Positions 19,267-29,424 are shown, counted from the stretch's first letter. The stretch is DNA of 64,000 nt from Myxococcales bacterium (GCA_020633295.1 JACKDW010000001.1:1213828-1277827); one strand, 5' to 3'. The notes: generated from the sequence alone by a model not told the origin. A program made the numbers and translations.

Positions 19267-20105
19267 ACCTCCCCGCGCACGAGGTCACCACGGTCGCCGC
19301 CGCGCTCGGCGACATCCTGCGGGATCCCGACGCGCGGGCGCGGCTCGAGGCGCTCGCGCTCGAGATCTTCGGCCCGGGTGACCGCGCCAGCGGGTGGTTT
19401 CTGCGCAAGCTGCGTCGCGAGGGCGTCGACGGCTCGCTCTCCTCGGTCCTCCGCGAGCGCGCGACCGGCCGCGTCTGCGGCTACATGCTCGTGGGCCCGT
19501 CGCGGCTTCAATCCAACATGGTCCTTGGAGCAGGCATGGGGCTCTCGCCCGACGCGCGCGGGCGCGGGCTCGGGCGCGCGCTGGTCGCCGCCACCGTCAC
19601 GCGCCTGGGGCGAGCCGGCTTCACGCGGCTCGAGCTGCCCGCCGAAGCGACCGCGCGACCGTTCTACGAGCGGCTCGGCTTTCACGCCCAGGCGCCCCGG
19701 GAGACCTGGCTGACCTACGGCTGCGCGCGCCCCTCGGCCGACGAGCGACGCGCCGCGCCGGCGGGCCCCTGGAAGTGCGCGAGCGCGGCCGTCGAGTTGG
19801 CCGGCTGGCGCGAGGAGGCCTGGATCCGGACGCCGCCGCCAAAGTCGACCGTGCGCGCCGCGTCGGCCTTCGCCCACTTCTCCCGGGAGGGCCGCGCGCT
19901 GCTCGTGCAGCGCCTCTGCGTCCCTGAGCCCGTCGACCCGCACGTCCCGGCCGCGCTCGACATGCTGCGATCCCTTGGCGCGCTCGGGACACCCGTCCTG
20001 CTCTACGGCGTTCGACCGGTGAGTTTCATCACCCAACACCTGCGGGCGCGCTGCTGGTCCATGGCCCAGCGCTCCTTCCCCATGCGCCGCGAATTGCATC
20101 CCTAG
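19251..20105 (+). CDS. GNAT-family N-acetyltransferase
   Basis: Acetyl-CoA-binding motif RGRGLGRALVAATVTRLGRAGFTRLEL...FYERLGF. The start is GTG 19251 or GTG 19263, the latter overlapping the trpS stop as GTGA. Confidence 0.7.
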   Translation: MRAAVNLPAHEVTTVAAALGDILRDPDARARLEALALEIFGPGDRASGWFLRKLRREGVDGSLSSVLRERATGRVCGYMLVGPSRLQSNMVLGAGMGLSPDARGRGLGRALVAATVTRLGRAGFTRLELPAEATARPFYERLGFHAQAPRETWLTYGCARPSADERRAAPAGPWKCASAAVELAGWREEAWIRTPPPKSTVRAASAFAHFSREGRALLVQRLCVPEPVDPHVPAALDMLRSLGALGTPVLLYGVRPVSFITQHLRARCWSMAQRSFPMRRELHP

Positions 20106-20356
20106 GACCGCGTCGGGCCCCCGGCGACACCTGCCCCCCGGACACGCTCGTCGCGCTCGCTACACCGCTGGAGCCATCGACGCGCGCCGCGACGACGCGA
20201 GGCTCCCGGGCCTCCGCAGCGCTGGACAGCCGGGCCCGCGATCCCGCATTCTGGTCACCACTGTGGAACGAGTCCTCGGGTCCCCGCACCACTCGAGACT
20301 GCTTCTACAACAATTGCATCGCTCCGTTTTCGGACCTTCCTGCCAGTGAGTTCATT

Positions 20357-21250
20357 GTGAGCACGATTCGCCTTCGCCTCTTTCACGTCGCCACGGCGGC
20401 GCTCCTGTCCACCACCCTCGCGCTCACCGCCTGCGGCGACAGCAGTGACCCCGGCCGGACGGACTCGAACTCCGAGTCGGACGGCGAGAGCACCGACGGC
20501 AATTCGTCCTCGACCTCCGGGGACACGACCGCGGGCCCGACCTCGGACCCCGGCACCGGCAGCTCGAGCTCGAGCTCGACCACCGACCCCGGCACCAGCG
20601 ACGACTCGGCCGCCTTCCTCACCAACGGCATGCAGACGACGACCGACGCCGGCCCGCTGCCGAACGGCTCGATGTGCAGCGCCGACTCCGACTGCGAGTC
20701 GATGAAGTGCTACGAGATCCCGATGCTCGGCGGCCTGTGCTCCGAGTGCAAGACGTCCTCCGACTGCCCGCCCGAGACGCCCTCGTGCTCGCTCGACGCG
20801 CTGACGATGCAGGCCAAGTGCGTCGAGGCGGCCCCGGGCGTGCAGTGCACGAGCGACGCGGTGTGCGAGGGCGCGGGCCTGGTGTGCACCAGCGTCATCC
20901 CCGGCATCGAGCTGCTGTTCCCCGAGTTCCAGACCTGCGGTGAGTGCACCAAGAACGGCGGCGAGTGCATGGACGGCCAGGTCTGCAACGGCCAGCTCGA
21001 CCTCATGAATTTCGGCGGCTACACGCAGTGCATCGACCCGGGCACCGTGCCCAACGACTCGCTGTGCTTCAGCAACGAGGCCTGCACCTCGGGCATCTGC
21101 AACAAGACGATGATCGACGGCGTGCCGCTGCTGACCATCGACATCTGCGGCGAGTGTGCCAGCGACCAGGACTGCCAGGGCAACAGCACCTGCATGCCCG
21201 GCTCGATCGACATCATGGGCGGCGGCCTCTCCGGCTCGACCTGCGTCTAA
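20357..21250 (+). CDS. Secreted lipoprotein with four cysteine-rich repeat modules
   Basis: GTG 20357. Signal peptide with lipobox LALTAC. Ser/Thr/Gly-rich linker, then four roughly 40-aa modules of the type C.SD.DC....C......C.EC. Confidence 0.7.
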   Translation: MSTIRLRLFHVATAALLSTTLALTACGDSSDPGRTDSNSESDGESTDGNSSSTSGDTTAGPTSDPGTGSSSSSSTTDPGTSDDSAAFLTNGMQTTTDAGPLPNGSMCSADSDCESMKCYEIPMLGGLCSECKTSSDCPPETPSCSLDALTMQAKCVEAAPGVQCTSDAVCEGAGLVCTSVIPGIELLFPEFQTCGECTKNGGECMDGQVCNGQLDLMNFGGYTQCIDPGTVPNDSLCFSNEACTSGICNKTMIDGVPLLTIDICGECASDQDCQGNSTCMPGSIDIMGGGLSGSTCV

Positions 21251-21266
21251 TCCGTCAATGCGCGCG

Positions 21267-21298
21267 GCAGGGGATCGGTCTCCGGATCGATCCCCTGC
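21267..21298. terminator. Candidate bidirectional hairpin between convergent genes
   Basis: gcaggggatcg / cgatcccctgc 11-bp stem with a 10-nt loop. No clear T-run. Confidence 0.3.
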
Positions 21299-21329
21299 GT
21301 CGTTCGAACGGGCCGCGCGGGCGCGCCGA

Positions 21330-22871
21330 TCACCGCGAGAGCTCCGCGCGCCGCAGCAGCGGACCTAGCCCCTCGCAGTGCAGCTCCTCCGGATAGAGGT
21401 AGCCGAAGAACTGCAGCTCCGACGCGCGCGCGTCGACCAGCGCGACCGCGAGCGGCACCGACTCCCGGCGCGTGCGACAGACCGCGCGCGCGAACGCGAA
21501 CTCCCGCATGCCGCGGGCCTGCGAGAGCACCTGATCCGCGAGCGCGTTGGGGCCGCGCGCGACGCTGGCGACCTGGTACACATCGCCGAGCCCGGGCACC
21601 GGGAACGACCCGCCGCCGACTCGCCACGCGCTCGCGATCGTCGCGTCCGGCGGGCGCGACAGCGTCTCGCCGATCCGCGCCAGGCGCCCGTGCAGCGTGT
21701 CGAGATCCGCCTCGCTGAACCTCCGGCGCCGCGGCACGCAGATCTCGGAGACCGCGCCGTGGACCTCCGAGACCGCGCCGAGGCGATCGACGAGCTCGGT
21801 CCAGACCGGGTCGAGCCGCGCCGTCACGACCTTCGCGGACTCCCGCCCCATCCGCCGCAGCTCCTCGCGAACATCGCGGCCGAACACCTCGGGGCACGCG
21901 TCCGCGATCGACCCGAGCGGCTCGACCATGCCGAGCTGGAGCCCGCTCTGCGCGAGGAAGGCCCGCGGCGCGTAGGCGCAGCGCTGGGGCTCAGGCGCGC
22001 CGGGCGTCCCGAGGCAGGCGGCGTAGGCCTCGACGTGCTCCCGGTACGCGGCGCCGCAGCGCGCTCGCGGGGTCGCAGAGCCGTCGACGGCGCCGTAGGT
22101 GCTCAGGTCCTTCTGCAGCTCGGGCACGTAGGCGGCGAGCTGCCCGCGAAACACCTGCCACAGCGACGCGTCGACGTGATCGAGGAACGGGGCCGCGAGC
22201 GCGAGCGAGCGCTCTTGTCCCCCGGCGAGGGCCTCGAGCGCCGCGTCGCAGCTGCCCACGCTGCGGGTCTCGAGCGCGTTCCAGCCAGCCAGCTCGACCG
22301 CCGCGACGTCGACGAGCAGCAGGCGCCCGGACGCGCCCGCGGCCGCGCGCGCGGCGGCGGCGTCGAGCTCCAGCACGTCGCTGCGGTAGCGCGGCCGCTG
22401 CGTCACGGGCCCGGGGATGCGCGCCAGGGGCAGCGGCTGCGCGGCGCCCCCCAGTCCGCGCACCACCGCCCGCAGCGGCGTCGCGGCCGAGGACGCGGTC
22501 CCCTGCAGCTCGTGACCCGTCATCGTCTCGACGATGTCCTCGACGCGCGCGTCCCAGCCCGCGCCGAGCTCCGGACCGACGCGCACCGTCAGCGGCTCGT
22601 CCGCGCGCGCGCGCAGGAGCTCCGCGAGCGCGTCGAGGTGACCGGCGGTCTCCGACGGCGGGACCCAGTCGATCGCCGTGAGCGAGAAGCTCAAGCCCGA
22701 GCGCGGCGGCGGCGGACCAGGAGCAAGCGTCCCGGCGATCGGCGTCGCCGGGCGAGCCGCGCGCCGTGAGGACGCACCGGGCCGACAAGCGCCCGATGCG
22801 CACAGGAGCGCGAGCAACCCGACGACGGACGCCAGCGTGCGCCCCCGCGAGCCTCCTGTCCTTCGTCTCAT
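21330..22871 (-). CDS. Hypothetical lipoprotein
   Basis: ATG (complement) 22869-22871. MRRRTGGSRGRTLASVVGLLALLCASGAC is a signal peptide with a lipobox. Balanced composition, in contrast to the overlapping + strand ORF 21378..22769, which is Arg-rich antisense. Confidence 0.6.
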   Translation of the reverse strand: MRRRTGGSRGRTLASVVGLLALLCASGACRPGASSRRAARPATPIAGTLAPGPPPPRSGLSFSLTAIDWVPPSETAGHLDALAELLRARADEPLTVRVGPELGAGWDARVEDIVETMTGHELQGTASSAATPLRAVVRGLGGAAQPLPLARIPGPVTQRPRYRSDVLELDAAAARAAAGASGRLLLVDVAAVELAGWNALETRSVGSCDAALEALAGGQERSLALAAPFLDHVDASLWQVFRGQLAAYVPELQKDLSTYGAVDGSATPRARCGAAYREHVEAYAACLGTPGAPEPQRCAYAPRAFLAQSGLQLGMVEPLGSIADACPEVFGRDVREELRRMGRESAKVVTARLDPVWTELVDRLGAVSEVHGAVSEICVPRRRRFSEADLDTLHGRLARIGETLSRPPDATIASAWRVGGGSFPVPGLGDVYQVASVARGPNALADQVLSQARGMREFAFARAVCRTRRESVPLAVALVDARASELQFFGYLYPEELHCEGLGPLLRRAELSR

Positions 22872-22965
22872 GTCCTCGTGTCCCCGCCGCACCCCGGTGA
22901 CTTCATGCTATGCGCCCGTCTTCGCCGCTGGGGTGATCCAGGACACCTGCGGGGCTCAGCCGCGA

Positions 22966-24819
22966 ATGTACGCGGGCGCGGAGCCGCTCGCGCCCGCGTG
23001 TATACTCCTACCCGTGGCCGGTGCATTGTTGCAAAAAATCACGGTTCCGGGCCTCCTGACGCTTGGCTTATTGACCTCGACGGCGCTCCTCGGCGCGCTC
23101 CTGCTCGTCCCCTCCGACGCCCGCGCGGCGGACGAAGACGCGCTGCTCGAGTTCCACTACAAACCCGTACCGAAGCTGCAGATCGCGATCTGGGTCGAGG
23201 ACGCCGACGGCAACTTCGTCGAGGACGTCTTCGTCACGCAGGCGACCGGGAAGCTCGGCATCGGGAACCGCTCGGGACGCTGGGACTTCCTCTCGAGCTG
23301 GCGCGCGCCCTACGGCGCGCGCCCGTCGGTGCTCCCGATCTGGTCGTCGCGACGGGGCAAGACCTACCCCAAGGTCGTGTTCTACGACGACGACGCGTCC
23401 GACCAGAACTCGCTCGGCTGGCACGAGAACTCCAGCTCGCCCGAGACCTACTACTGTCGGCCGCTGTCGCCCGAGGAGCACGCGACGATCTCGGTCGACA
23501 CGATGACCTGCCCGTCGCCGGCGACCTTCCAGAGCGACAAGGGGCGCTTCGCGCCCGGCCAGACCAGCCGCTACCCGCCGCGCAACGATCTCATCGACTT
23601 CGAAGAGCAAGACGACTCCGCGGACGCGAAGACCTACGCCGAGATCAACGACCTCGACGCCTACACGGGCGCGACGCCGCTGGGCGACATCCCGGAGTTC
23701 CTGACCGCGACCGTGCCGGCCGCGGCGCTCGCCAAGGGGCCGATCACCGCCTGGATCGAGGTCAGCCTCGAGGACGACCAGAACGAGCAGTGGTCCTTCG
23801 ACCGCGAGGACGACCACTACGTCGATCCCAAGCTGTCGAGCTACGGCATCGGCTACCTCGGGCAGCCCTCGGTCGTCTACAAGGTCGAGCTCGACGCGCG
23901 AGAAGCCGGCTTTAAGGGCACGTCGGAGTTCTTCGGCTACGGCGACTGGGACGGCGCCTCCGGCTCGATCCACCTGCCCGACGGCAGCATCAGCGTCAGC
24001 GGCGGCAGCGGGGCCGACCGCCTGCTGGAGTACACCCTCAACGGCGAGACCTTCCGCTTCGGCGTCTACAGCTACGGCAACGAGCCCGAGCAGCCCGGCA
24101 CCACGGGCGGCGAGACCACCGGCACCGACAGCGACTCGGACACCAGCGGCACCGAGCCCGACCCGACCGACGGCGGCGGCGGCGGCTGGGGACAGTGCCG
24201 ACCCGTCGCGCTCTCGCCGATCTCCGACCTCACCGCCGCGAGCGTCGCCTTCGACAAGGTCGAGCTCTCGTTCACCGTGCCCGAGCCGACCCCGGACCCC
24301 GACGGGCTCGAGACGCTCTCCGAGGTCTCGCGCGTGCGCGTCTACTACATCCCGACGCTCGAGACGCTCACCGAGGAGATGCTCGGCGCCGCGACCGAGA
24401 CCAGCGTCTCGGCCGACATGGTGACCGTCGGCGGGCGCAGCACCGTCACGGTCGAGCAGCTGTGGGGCAACTACACCTATCAGTTCGGCGTGCGCTACGA
24501 GGACAAGTGCGCCAACAAGAGCGAGCTGGCGACCGCCTCCGCCAAGACGCCGGCGCAGGAGTTCCAGCAGGTCGAGGGCTTCTGCTTCCTGGCCACGGCC
24601 GCCTACGGCGCCTCCTGGCAGTCCGAGGTCTCCACCCTGCGGTGGTTCCGCGACCTCGTGCTGCGCAGCAACCCCATGGGCAGCGAGCTCGTGCGCTTCT
24701 ACTACACGTACAGCCCGCCGCTCGCCGACGTCATCGAGGATCAGCCGGTGCTGCGCAGCATGGTCCGCGCGGTCGTCCAGCCCGTCGCCGACGTCTCGCG
24801 GCTCGCGACCACGCGCTGA
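22966..24819 (+). CDS. Secreted hypothetical protein with a C-terminal CFLATAAYGASW-motif domain
   Basis: ATG 22966. An alternative in-frame TTG at 23071 gives the clean signal peptide MTSTALLGALLLVPSDARA|AD. Gly/Thr/Asp-rich linker (TGTDSDSDTSGTEPDPTDGGGGG). C-terminal region FCFLATAAYGASWQSEVSTLRWFRDLVLRSNPMGSELVRFYYTYSPPLA. Confidence 0.7.
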   Translation: MYAGAEPLAPACILLPVAGALLQKITVPGLLTLGLLTSTALLGALLLVPSDARAADEDALLEFHYKPVPKLQIAIWVEDADGNFVEDVFVTQATGKLGIGNRSGRWDFLSSWRAPYGARPSVLPIWSSRRGKTYPKVVFYDDDASDQNSLGWHENSSSPETYYCRPLSPEEHATISVDTMTCPSPATFQSDKGRFAPGQTSRYPPRNDLIDFEEQDDSADAKTYAEINDLDAYTGATPLGDIPEFLTATVPAAALAKGPITAWIEVSLEDDQNEQWSFDREDDHYVDPKLSSYGIGYLGQPSVVYKVELDAREAGFKGTSEFFGYGDWDGASGSIHLPDGSISVSGGSGADRLLEYTLNGETFRFGVYSYGNEPEQPGTTGGETTGTDSDSDTSGTEPDPTDGGGGGWGQCRPVALSPISDLTAASVAFDKVELSFTVPEPTPDPDGLETLSEVSRVRVYYIPTLETLTEEMLGAATETSVSADMVTVGGRSTVTVEQLWGNYTYQFGVRYEDKCANKSELATASAKTPAQEFQQVEGFCFLATAAYGASWQSEVSTLRWFRDLVLRSNPMGSELVRFYYTYSPPLADVIEDQPVLRSMVRAVVQPVADVSRLATTR

Positions 24820-24887
24820 GCGGCGTGACGACGACCGGCGCGTCGACGCTCGCGCGCCCTCGCGGCGCGCGATAGACTCACGCACCC

Positions 24888-25277
24888 ATGGCCCTCGGGA
24901 CACACGCCCTCGCGCTCGGCTTGTCCGTCGCGCTGCTCGCCGACGCGCCGGTCGTCGCCGAGGGGCCCGCGCCCGCGCCCGCCGCCCCGCCGGTCGTGAG
25001 CCCGCCGTCACGACGCGACCGTCAGCTGCTCACGCTCGGCGCGGTCTCGACGACGCTGGGCGGCGCCGCGGTCATCACGGGGGTCGTCCTCGCCACGCGC
25101 CCCGAGGTGCCGCTCGCCTCGGACCCGATGCTCGCGCGCAGCTACAAGCCCGCCGGCGTGACCGCAGCGGTCGTCGGCGCCGCCGTGCTCGCGACCGGCG
25201 TCGTCATGTTGATCGCCGCGCTCTCGGACCGGCGCGCGCATCATCGCCAGGACAAGTCACCCGCCGCGTCGCGGTGA
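24888..25277 (+). CDS. Small membrane protein (signal peptide plus two hydrophobic segments)
   Basis: ATG 24888. Hydrophobic stretches LALGLSVALLADAPVVA and AAVVGAAVLATGVVMLIAAL. No known motif. Confidence 0.4.
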   Translation: MALGTHALALGLSVALLADAPVVAEGPAPAPAAPPVVSPPSRRDRQLLTLGAVSTTLGGAAVITGVVLATRPEVPLASDPMLARSYKPAGVTAAVVGAAVLATGVVMLIAALSDRRAHHRQDKSPAASR

Positions 25278-25324
25278 CGCGCCGCTTCGGCGGTCAACGT
25301 GTCGCTACCGCGAGCGCGCCGCGC

Positions 25325-26284
25325 TCAGTGAAGCGGGCGCGAGACCAGGCGCGCGCCCTCGCTGACGCGGCTCACCCGGCCCTGGCCCGGCACGCCCGCG
25401 TTCGTGAACGACTCCTCGAGGATCTCGAGCAGCACCGCCGCGCGCGCCTCGCTGGCCGCGATCGCAAACGTCGTCGGCCCCGCGCCGCTGATGCTGCACG
25501 CGATCGCGCCGGCCTCGACCGCCGCCGCCTTCGCGTCCGGGTACCCGGGGATCAGGCCGGCGCGCACCGGCTCGACGATGTCGTCGACGATCGCCTCGCC
25601 GAGCAGCGCGAGGTCGCCGACGTGCAGCGCGTGCACGAGGAGGCCGAGGCGCGCGGCGTGGCGCACGGTCTCGTCGAGCCGGACGCGCGCGGGCAGCACC
25701 TCGCGCGCGTGCTTGGTCGAGACCTCGCAGCCCGGGGTGTAGAGCGCGAACCACAGGTCCTTGGGGACAGGTAATGAGATGCAGCGCAGCGGCTCGAGCG
25801 TCGGGATCATGACGATCCCGCCGATGATCCCGGGCGTGACGTTGTCGGGGTGCGCGCTCCCGCAGGCCACGCGCTCCCCCTCGCGCGCCAGGTCGACGAG
25901 CTGGTGCGAGCCGATGTCGAGCCCCAGCGCCGCCTTGGCCGCGATCAGGGCCGCGCACGCGCTCGCGCCGCTCGAGCCGAGGCCGCTGCCCAGCGGCAGC
26001 CCCTTGTGCAGCTCGAGCTCGACGCCGGCCCTGGGCGCGTAGCGCTGCAGCAGCGCCGCGACCGCGACCGCCGCGGTGTTCTTGTCGGTGTCTCGAGACA
26101 GCTTGCCGCCGTCCCCCTCGATCGAGAGCAAGCGAACCCCGGGCGTCTCGACCCTGCGCGCGCGCACGCGGTCGCCCGGCCCCTCGACCGCGATCCCCAG
26201 GCAGTCAAAGCCCGGGCCGATGTTCGACAGCGTCGGCGGCGCGAACGCCTCGCGCCACGGCCCGGCCGCTCCGTGCGTCCCCAT
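25325..26284 (-). CDS. thrB: Homoserine kinase (GHMP kinase family)
   Basis: GHMP motifs NIGPGFDCLGIA and PLGSGLGSSGASACAALIAA. ATG at 26282-26284; the track's start at 26293 is a GTG. Confidence 0.85.
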   Translation of the reverse strand: MGTHGAAGPWREAFAPPTLSNIGPGFDCLGIAVEGPGDRVRARRVETPGVRLLSIEGDGGKLSRDTDKNTAAVAVAALLQRYAPRAGVELELHKGLPLGSGLGSSGASACAALIAAKAALGLDIGSHQLVDLAREGERVACGSAHPDNVTPGIIGGIVMIPTLEPLRCISLPVPKDLWFALYTPGCEVSTKHAREVLPARVRLDETVRHAARLGLLVHALHVGDLALLGEAIVDDIVEPVRAGLIPGYPDAKAAAVEAGAIACSISGAGPTTFAIAASEARAAVLLEILEESFTNAGVPGQGRVSRVSEGARLVSRPLH

Positions 26285-26317
26285 GATCCCCACGATCGTC
26301 CCTGACGTGGTGACGGG

Positions 26318-27280
26318 CTAGCGACGCAGCGCGTCGTCGACCCAGCCGGCGAAGGTCCCGCCGAACAGGAGGTCATTGAAGTAGCGACCGTTGATGAACA
26401 CGGCCGGCGTCCCCGTGATCTCGAGCTTCTCGCCCAGCGCGCGATCGGACTCGACCTGATCGCGCCCGAGCTTGCTCTCGTAGGCCGCGCGGAACTTGCC
26501 CATGTCGAGCCCGATGTCCTGGGCGTAGCGCACGATGTCCTCGTCCTCGAGGGCCGTCTGGTTCTCGAACACGATGTCGTGCATCTCCCAAAACTTGCCC
26601 TGCTGCTTCGCGGCCTCGGTCGCGATCGCCGCCTGCTTGGCCCGCGGGTGGCTGCTGAGCGGGAAGTGCTTGAAGATGAGGCGGGCGCGCCCGCGGAACT
26701 GATCGACGGTCTGCCGCAGCTTCGGCGCCTCGGCGCGGCAGTGCGGGCACTCGAAGTCCGCGAACACGATGATCGTCACCGGCGCGCGCTCGTTGCCGTA
26801 GATCGGCGAGCTCTCGAGTGGAATCTCGCGCACGCGCAGCGAGTCGAGCACCATCTCCATCGCGTCCTTGATGTCGGCGGGCGCGTGCCCGGCCTTGAGC
26901 GCGTCGGCGATAAACTGCGACACGCTCAGGGAGTCGCGGCAGGAGGCGTCATCGCGCACCGACTTGGCCAGGCTCTCCGGCTTCCCGCACGCGCTCGACT
27001 CGCTATTAATGATCTGGAAGAAGCTCGTCTTCTTGTTCTCGTCGAGGCCCGAGAGGTCGACGCCCTTGGCCGTCGTGATCATCTCGCCGTCCGCGGGACC
27101 CGGACCCTGACTCCCACCGTCGTTCCCGCTGGCTGCAGGAGCGCCGGACTCGGCCGCCGAGTCGTCGCCCGAGCGCGGGTTCGCGGCGTCCGGGCTGTCG
27201 GCGGCGGGCGCCGTGCAGGCCGGGTTACAGGCCGCCAGCGCGAATACCAAAAGCGCGAGAGTGCACCTGGATGGGGTCAT
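26318..27280 (-). CDS. DsbA-family thiol:disulfide oxidoreductase lipoprotein
   Basis: ATG (complement) 27278-27280. Lipobox LVFALAAC. Thioredoxin-fold CPHC active site (FADFECPHCRAE). The track's long upstream extension was rejected. Confidence 0.8.
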   Translation of the reverse strand: MTPSRCTLALLVFALAACNPACTAPAADSPDAANPRSGDDSAAESGAPAASGNDGGSQGPGPADGEMITTAKGVDLSGLDENKKTSFFQIINSESSACGKPESLAKSVRDDASCRDSLSVSQFIADALKAGHAPADIKDAMEMVLDSLRVREIPLESSPIYGNERAPVTIIVFADFECPHCRAEAPKLRQTVDQFRGRARLIFKHFPLSSHPRAKQAAIATEAAKQQGKFWEMHDIVFENQTALEDEDIVRYAQDIGLDMGKFRAAYESKLGRDQVESDRALGEKLEITGTPAVFINGRYFNDLLFGGTFAGWVDDALRR

Positions 27281-27589
27281 CGACGTCGATCCTGAGTTTG
27301 CTTCGATTCGCCTGCGGACGCCGCTGGGATCGCCGTCCGAGAACGTCATCTGGGACCGGCAGCGCCGAAACACTGCTCCGCACCCGTCCAGATGCCGGGG
27401 ATCACTCCCCGAGTTGGACCCGAGGGCGCGCAGAACGCTACCCCACGCGCTGCCGGCCCGCAACTGACCGAGGCCTGGCCGGAGCGGGAACAGCGACGCC
27501 CCGCGCACGGCCCAAACGCGCCCGATCACGACACCAGGCGGTCACAATTGCCCTCGCGACCAACGGGCGGCACTGGCGCCAGAACTCCA

Positions 27590-27618
27590 TTGACAACGTT
27601 CTTGGCACGCGCGATACA
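27590..27618 (+). promoter_or_regulatory. Candidate sigma-70-like -35/-10 pair (TTGACA, 17-bp spacer, GATACA) upstream of etfB
   Basis: Perfect -35 hexamer at 27590-27595 but a weak -10. Pattern match only. Confidence 0.2.
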
Positions 27619-27640
27619 CCCGCCCGAGGGAGGAGCCCTT

Positions 27641-28462
27641 TTGAAGATTCTGGTCACAGTCAAGCGGATCCCTGATCCCGACGAGAGTCTCAAGTTCGCC
27701 GGAGGCGGGCTGGACACCTCGTCGAGCAAGTGGGTCCCCAACGCGTTCGATGAATACGCCGTGGAAACCGCGCTTCGCCTGTCCGAAGTCGCCGGCAAAC
27801 GTGGCAAGAAGCTTGCGGAGGTCATCGTGATGAGCGTGTGCCCCGCGAAGCAGCGGCAACACGTCACACAATTCCTGGCAATGGGAGCCGACCGCGGCGT
27901 CGTGGTCGACCACAACCCCGACGAGCTGGACACCATCGCCATCTCCAAGGCCATCGCCGGCGTGTTCAAACAAGAGGCCTGCGACCTGCTGATCATCGGC
28001 AAGCTGTCGCAGGACAACGAGGGCAACCAGGTCGGCCAGCGGGTCGCCGGTCTCCTCGGGCTGCCACAGGCCTCCTTCGCGGCCACGGTCAACTGGGACG
28101 AAGGCGCCAACAACATCTCGGTGGGCCGCGAGGTCGACGACGGCGTCGAGACCAAGCGCGTCCCGCTCCCGGCCGTCGTCACTGTTGACCTCCGCGTCGT
28201 CCTGCCGACGAGCGTCGTCAACAACGTCACGCCCGCGAACCACAAGTATCAAGAAGGTCCCCGTCTGGCCTCGCTGCGCGGCATCACCATGGCCAAGCGC
28301 AAGAAGGTCAAGGTCGTCACGCTCGGCGATCTCAAGGTCGCCGCCACCTCGACCGAGCGCATGGTCAACATCGCGGCGCCGCCCTCGCGCGCTGCGGGTC
28401 AGCGTGTCGGCTCGGTGGAAGAGCTGTTCCAGAAGCTGACGAAGGAGGCCAAGGTTCTATGA
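27641..28462 (+). CDS. etfB: Electron transfer flavoprotein, beta subunit
   Basis: TTG 27641 preceded by GGGAGGAG (27628-27635). LKILVTVKRIPDPDE matches the EtfB N-terminus (MKILVCVKQVPD). Confidence 0.9.
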   Translation: MKILVTVKRIPDPDESLKFAGGGLDTSSSKWVPNAFDEYAVETALRLSEVAGKRGKKLAEVIVMSVCPAKQRQHVTQFLAMGADRGVVVDHNPDELDTIAISKAIAGVFKQEACDLLIIGKLSQDNEGNQVGQRVAGLLGLPQASFAATVNWDEGANNISVGREVDDGVETKRVPLPAVVTVDLRVVLPTSVVNNVTPANHKYQEGPRLASLRGITMAKRKKVKVVTLGDLKVAATSTERMVNIAAPPSRAAGQRVGSVEELFQKLTKEAKVL

Positions 28463-29424
28463 GCCGCGTACTTGTCGTTCTCGAGACCGCCAACGGCGCG
28501 GTCAAGTCGGCCAGCCTGCCCGGCGTCACCTGCGGTCAGCAGATCGCGGCGAAGGACGGCGGCGAGCTGCACCTCCTCGTGCTCGGCGCCGACGTCTCGG
28601 CCGCTGAGGCGGCCCGGGGCTTCGGCGCCGCCGCCGTGCACACGCTCACCGCCGCCGAGCTCGAGCCCTTCACGGCCGAGGCCTGGGGCGACGCGATCGT
28701 CCACGCCGCGCGCTCGATCGGCGCCACCCACGTGGGCGGGACCGCGACCTCGACCCTCCGCGACGCGCTCCCGCGCGCCGCCGCAGTGCTCGACAGCCCG
28801 CTCGTCAGCGAGGTCGTCGCGGTCAAGGCCGTCGACACCTTCACCCGCCCCATCTCGGCCGGCCGCGCGCTCGTTGACATGAAGCTCAGCGGCCCGGTCG
28901 CGTTCTTCACGGCCCGCGCCACCGAGTTCCCGCCCCCGAACCAGGGCGGCAGCTCCCCGGTCAAGGCCCTCGGCGGCACCCAGCTCAACACCCGCGGCGT
29001 GACCGTGGTCGGCGTGCACAAGACCGAGAGCGCGCGCCCGGCCCTCACCGAGGCCCGCGTCGTCGTCTCCGGCGGACGCGGCATGCGTGAAGGCGCCAAC
29101 TTCGGGGTGCTCGAGGAGCTCACCGACCTCCTCGGCGGAGCGCTCGGCGCCAGCCGAGCCGCCACCGACGCGGGCATGGTCCCGGCCGACCTTCAGGTGG
29201 GCCAGACCGGCAAGATCGTCGCGCCGGAGCTGTACATCGCGGTCGCGATCTCGGGCGCCATCCAGCACCTCGCGGGCATGAAGGGCTCGAAGACGATCGT
29301 CGCCATCAACAAGGACGAGGAGGCCCCGATCTTCCAGATCGCCGACTACGGCCTCGTCGCCAAGTGGGAGGACACGATCCCGCAGCTCACCGCGCTCGTT
29401 CGCCAGCACAAAGCGGCCAACTGA
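28459..29424 (+). CDS. etfA: Electron transfer flavoprotein, alpha subunit
   Basis: ATG 28459 overlapping the etfB stop (ATGA). FAD-binding C-terminal region [37 protein letters not shown]. Confidence 0.9.
   Translation: MSRVLVVLETANGAVKSASLPGVTCGQQIAAKDGGELHLLVLGADVSAAEAARGFGAAAVHTLTAAELEPFTAEAWGDAIVHAARSIGATHVGGTATSTLRDALPRAAAVLDSPLVSEVVAVKAVDTFTRPISAGRALVDMKLSGPVAFFTARATEFPPPNQGGSSPVKALGGTQLNTRGVTVVGVHKTESARPALTEARVVVSGGRGMREGANFGVLEELTDLLGGALGASRAATDAGMVPADLQVGQTGKIVAPELYIAVAISGAIQHLAGMKGSKTIVAINKDEEAPIFQIADYGLVAKWEDTIPQLTALVRQHKAAN

Noticed and set aside
21378-22803. ORFs 21378-22769 (+) and 21991-22803 (-) overlapping the lipoprotein gene 21330-22871
   Set aside because: Both are Arg-rich. 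The 21330-22871 frame has balanced composition and a lipoprotein signal peptide.
27596-27620. Sigma-54 promoter (TGGCAC...) upstream of etfB
   Set aside because: TGGCAC is present at 27603-27608 but the required TTGC(A/T) -12 element is absent at the correct spacing.
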